Assembly (NCBI GenBank): GCA_030324005.1
Contig: JARDVH010000099.1
Coordinates: forward strand, 53,362,297-53,426,296
Length of the DNA stretch: 64,000 bases
Source of the DNA: Negaprion brevirostris
Taxonomy: Eukaryota
Direction of reading: 5' to 3'
The notes under the pieces are model-generated. The model was not told the origin of the DNA. It searched no databases and saw only the letters and a list, made by a program, of their open reading frames with translations. Both the position numbers and the translations under genes were made by a program. Positions 61,291 through 64,000 of this stretch are shown here, piece by piece (position 1 is the stretch's first letter; each line of letters begins with the position of its first letter).

Positions 61291-62200
61291 AATTGTAATA
61301 ATTGTTTAAAGAGCTACTATCACTCACATTAATACTTGTTATTTAGAAATAGAAAGAATGAGTGTACATTTCAATGTTCTTTACAGCTGTCTTTCTGCTG
61401 GTATTTTTCTTCAGTCGTTGAGCCCGGCATCAGGGACCTGTTTTCCCTGTCCTGTTCTTTAACATCTTTTAGACGACTCTCTGTCCTCCTCTGAATTTTG
61501 AGGCAAGATCTAGACACTGTTTTATCTTATCCTTCTTTAAAGAAAATTGAAGCGTTTTACAGAATGTAAGACCATGGACATGAGTGCCTCTACTTTCACA
61601 TTCACTGATGGCCTGAATCACAGAGTGCTTTGGATGTTTTTTTGCGTGCTGACACTGGTGACCGCTCAAACCCGATTGAATATTTCATCAATCACTTTGA
61701 TACAGGTTACTATGTGGTCAGAGGATGTAACAGCAGAGATTTGGTCTGTTGCTCAGGGGCAGGGGATAAACAAGTTGCCTTTCTTTGCCCTGTTCCACCT
61801 TGCATCAATCAGACAAATGACAGGATGAATGGCACTGAGTTTACTGAATGTACACTTGAATATTTCTCAAATGTCATATTTAAAGAGACATTGGGCTATC
61901 CAGACTATTATTCAGAACTATCAACGTCTGAGCTTCAGATCATAATTTCAGAAGTCAAAATGGTCCGTTTAGTTTCCTCAAAAGAAGTCAGCTCAAGTGC
62001 CAGCCAGAGATTTTACATCTATCATTGTTTCTATCTCAGTAGACCCTGAACATGGACCCAAATGAGAAAGTGAACTAGATGGGTTGGATGGGACTCTCTC
62101 ATCGCTCTCTTATATGTAGATTGATCTACCTTTCATCCTATGGATTTGATGGATGGTTTTTACAGCAGGAACTAGCTTTTATTTAACATGTGTCACACAT

Positions 62201-62216
62201 GTGCCACCTACTGGTC
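62201..62216 (-). promoter_or_regulatory. CTCF binding motif
   Basis: Minus strand GACCAGTAGGTGGCAC is a full match to CCASYAGRKGGCRS, in non-repetitive sequence. Confidence 0.6.
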
Positions 62217-62919
62217 CCAAATAGAACACCAGACACCCATTCCTTTGTCAAGGAAACCAGATAATGCATGAGAGGCTGACAAACTGCCATCCGTGCGAGG
62301 GGCCCATTTAATTACATGTATGAATCATTTGAATTTGGAAACCTAAGAATCTCTGTGTTCACTTACCTCAAAACAATCCTTTGTTCATGCTTTACTTTGC
62401 TCTAATTTCAGTTTTAGCCTCTCTGCTTTCTGACTGCCAGACAACCTTCCTCAGGATAATGTGAGCATAATAGATTTTTCCAAGGCCACCATTACAATTG
62501 GCTAGCCAGAAATGACCTTGCAGCCAGATGAAATGACGAATATTATTTTATATTTTTACCAAGATGGCATAAGCAAGAGAGAATAAACTAGCTATAGGTG
62601 AGTTACAGTGAAACTTCAGGACTATGTGATTTAACACAAGAAGTTGTCGCTGCTAAATACAGGATGAGTTTGTGTGTCACTTTGGAATTGGGTATTATTT
62701 GAACTGGGCCGTTCAGATTCATCAGCTTCATTTTCTTACTTTATTCATCCAGCAGTGGAACAAATTCCACAGTCTCACCAGGCTGCGTAAGTGTTCGCGC
62801 TTTTTAAAACTTTTAACCAAATGTTGTTGCCTGGAACTGAATGGAGGGTTTAAGTGGGCAACATGATTAAAGATATGTGAAAAACAGATGCTGTGATACT
62901 CATCTCAAAGTGGTTGTAC

Positions 62920-63065
62920 ATTTGATTTGTTTTGATTTATTATTGTCGCAAGGNNNNNNNNNNNNNNNNNNNNCATTGAACACACAGGGGAGAAGGAAAG
63001 GATAAGGTGCAGAATATAATGTTGCAGTTATAGGTAGGGTGAAGGGAAAGATAGAGTTCAGTTTT
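62920..63065 (-). mobile_element. Rex1/Babar-type LINE 3' UTR fragment
   Basis: TTTGATTTGTTTTGATTTATTATTGTC and AGAAGGAAAGGATAAGGTGCAGAAT are the reverse complement of 19370-19490. Confidence 0.8.
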
Positions 63066-64000
63066 TTAAGCGCAGAACAGGGGTAAAAGGTGAAACTGGA
63101 AGGTATGCTGTGGACAGTCAGCAAGAAGTCACCTCATTTTGGTGTCTCTTTTTGTGAAAGTTAATCATCAATTGAATGTAATCAAAGAATATATCATAAT
63201 TCTATTACAATTTATTTCAATTATATCAATGCAGCTGTTGGGAATCAAATTTCAAGGAACACATTGCTTTATTTTTTTCTGTCTTCCTCTTATAGTTTAT
63301 GTGCACTAAGTACATCTATATTAACACATTAGAGGCAAATTAATTCATTCTGTTTCAATGCATAAGCGATAATAGAACGGTGAGCCTTTCTTTTATTGGG
63401 TTTCCGAGTAACAGCACAATAATAACAGCCATCAACGACAGCATATGAATTGCCCTGTTTACATATTTGCAAGGAACACATTTAAGACCCATATTGTTTG
63501 AGTACACATTTCATAAAATGCAAATGTACCATGCTCAATTAGAGCAACCATTTACTCAGCAGCAACTGACAGTTAAGAATATGACTTTACCAAAAGAAAG
63601 TGGAAGGGAAATGACTGAATAACAAAAATGCCGCTGACAGGTTATCTACAGTCCTATCATCTACCACCCAATCTGTCATAATATACACTCACTCATATAT
63701 TATTGCTTAATTACAATAGCAAGTGTGCACACTGCTGCTTCGAAGAGCTGCCAGTCATGTGGAGTAGCACTTTTATGGCAAATTATTCTATTATCGTTCA
63801 GAGGATGCACTGTTCTCATGATACAGAAATCAGTAGGAAGACAACAACAACTTGTGTTTATATAGCACTTTTAGCATGTGAAACGGAAGAGGTGATTTCA
63901 CCAAGGTCAACCTACCACTGCCAGCTGCAATTTCAAATCATCAAGAAATTACAGAACTTTAGAAAAACTCCAACATATTTGACTCATTTAACATGAATAC

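Noticed and set aside
62361-62369. Isolated strong minus-strand splice donors (also near 12054, 38770 and 46923)
   Set aside because: No convincing acceptor at exon distance, and such motifs are expected by chance.
63700-63720. TTATTGCTTAA, matching the start of miR-137
   Set aside because: Only 11 nt match and there is no complementary arm.

Overview
This is AT-rich, CpG-depleted, gap-containing vertebrate DNA that reads as intergenic or deep-intronic sequence from a cartilaginous fish, most likely a shark. The taxon call rests on about 18 HE1-type V-SINE copies, CR1/HER1-type LINE fragments and a SacSINE1-like DeuSINE. I found no intact host protein-coding gene, rRNA, tRNA or CRISPR array. 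Nearly all listed ORFs are chance ORFs, repeat-derived, or span N-gaps. The recognisable content is mostly decayed transposons: a 2.4-kb Rex1/Babar-type LINE, a Tx1/L1-type 3' fragment with a 15-bp target-site duplication (TSD), CR1 and L2 fragments, a Gypsy-like LTR with a gag remnant, Harbinger-like remnants, and Penelope-like terminal repeats carrying degenerate hammerhead-ribozyme cores. The best non-repeat candidates are a transposon-free, CpG-retaining block at about 27.5-30.6 kb (clustered STAT/ETS, E-box, D-box and TATA-like motifs), two well-formed minus-strand exons at 11.4 and 13.7 kb that look non-coding, and a strong CTCF motif at 62.2 kb. I do not see convincing evidence of a new biological system. 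The findings are testable hypotheses. Repeat family names come from recognition by eye, not from a database search, and repeat boundaries are approximate unless a junction sequence is quoted.
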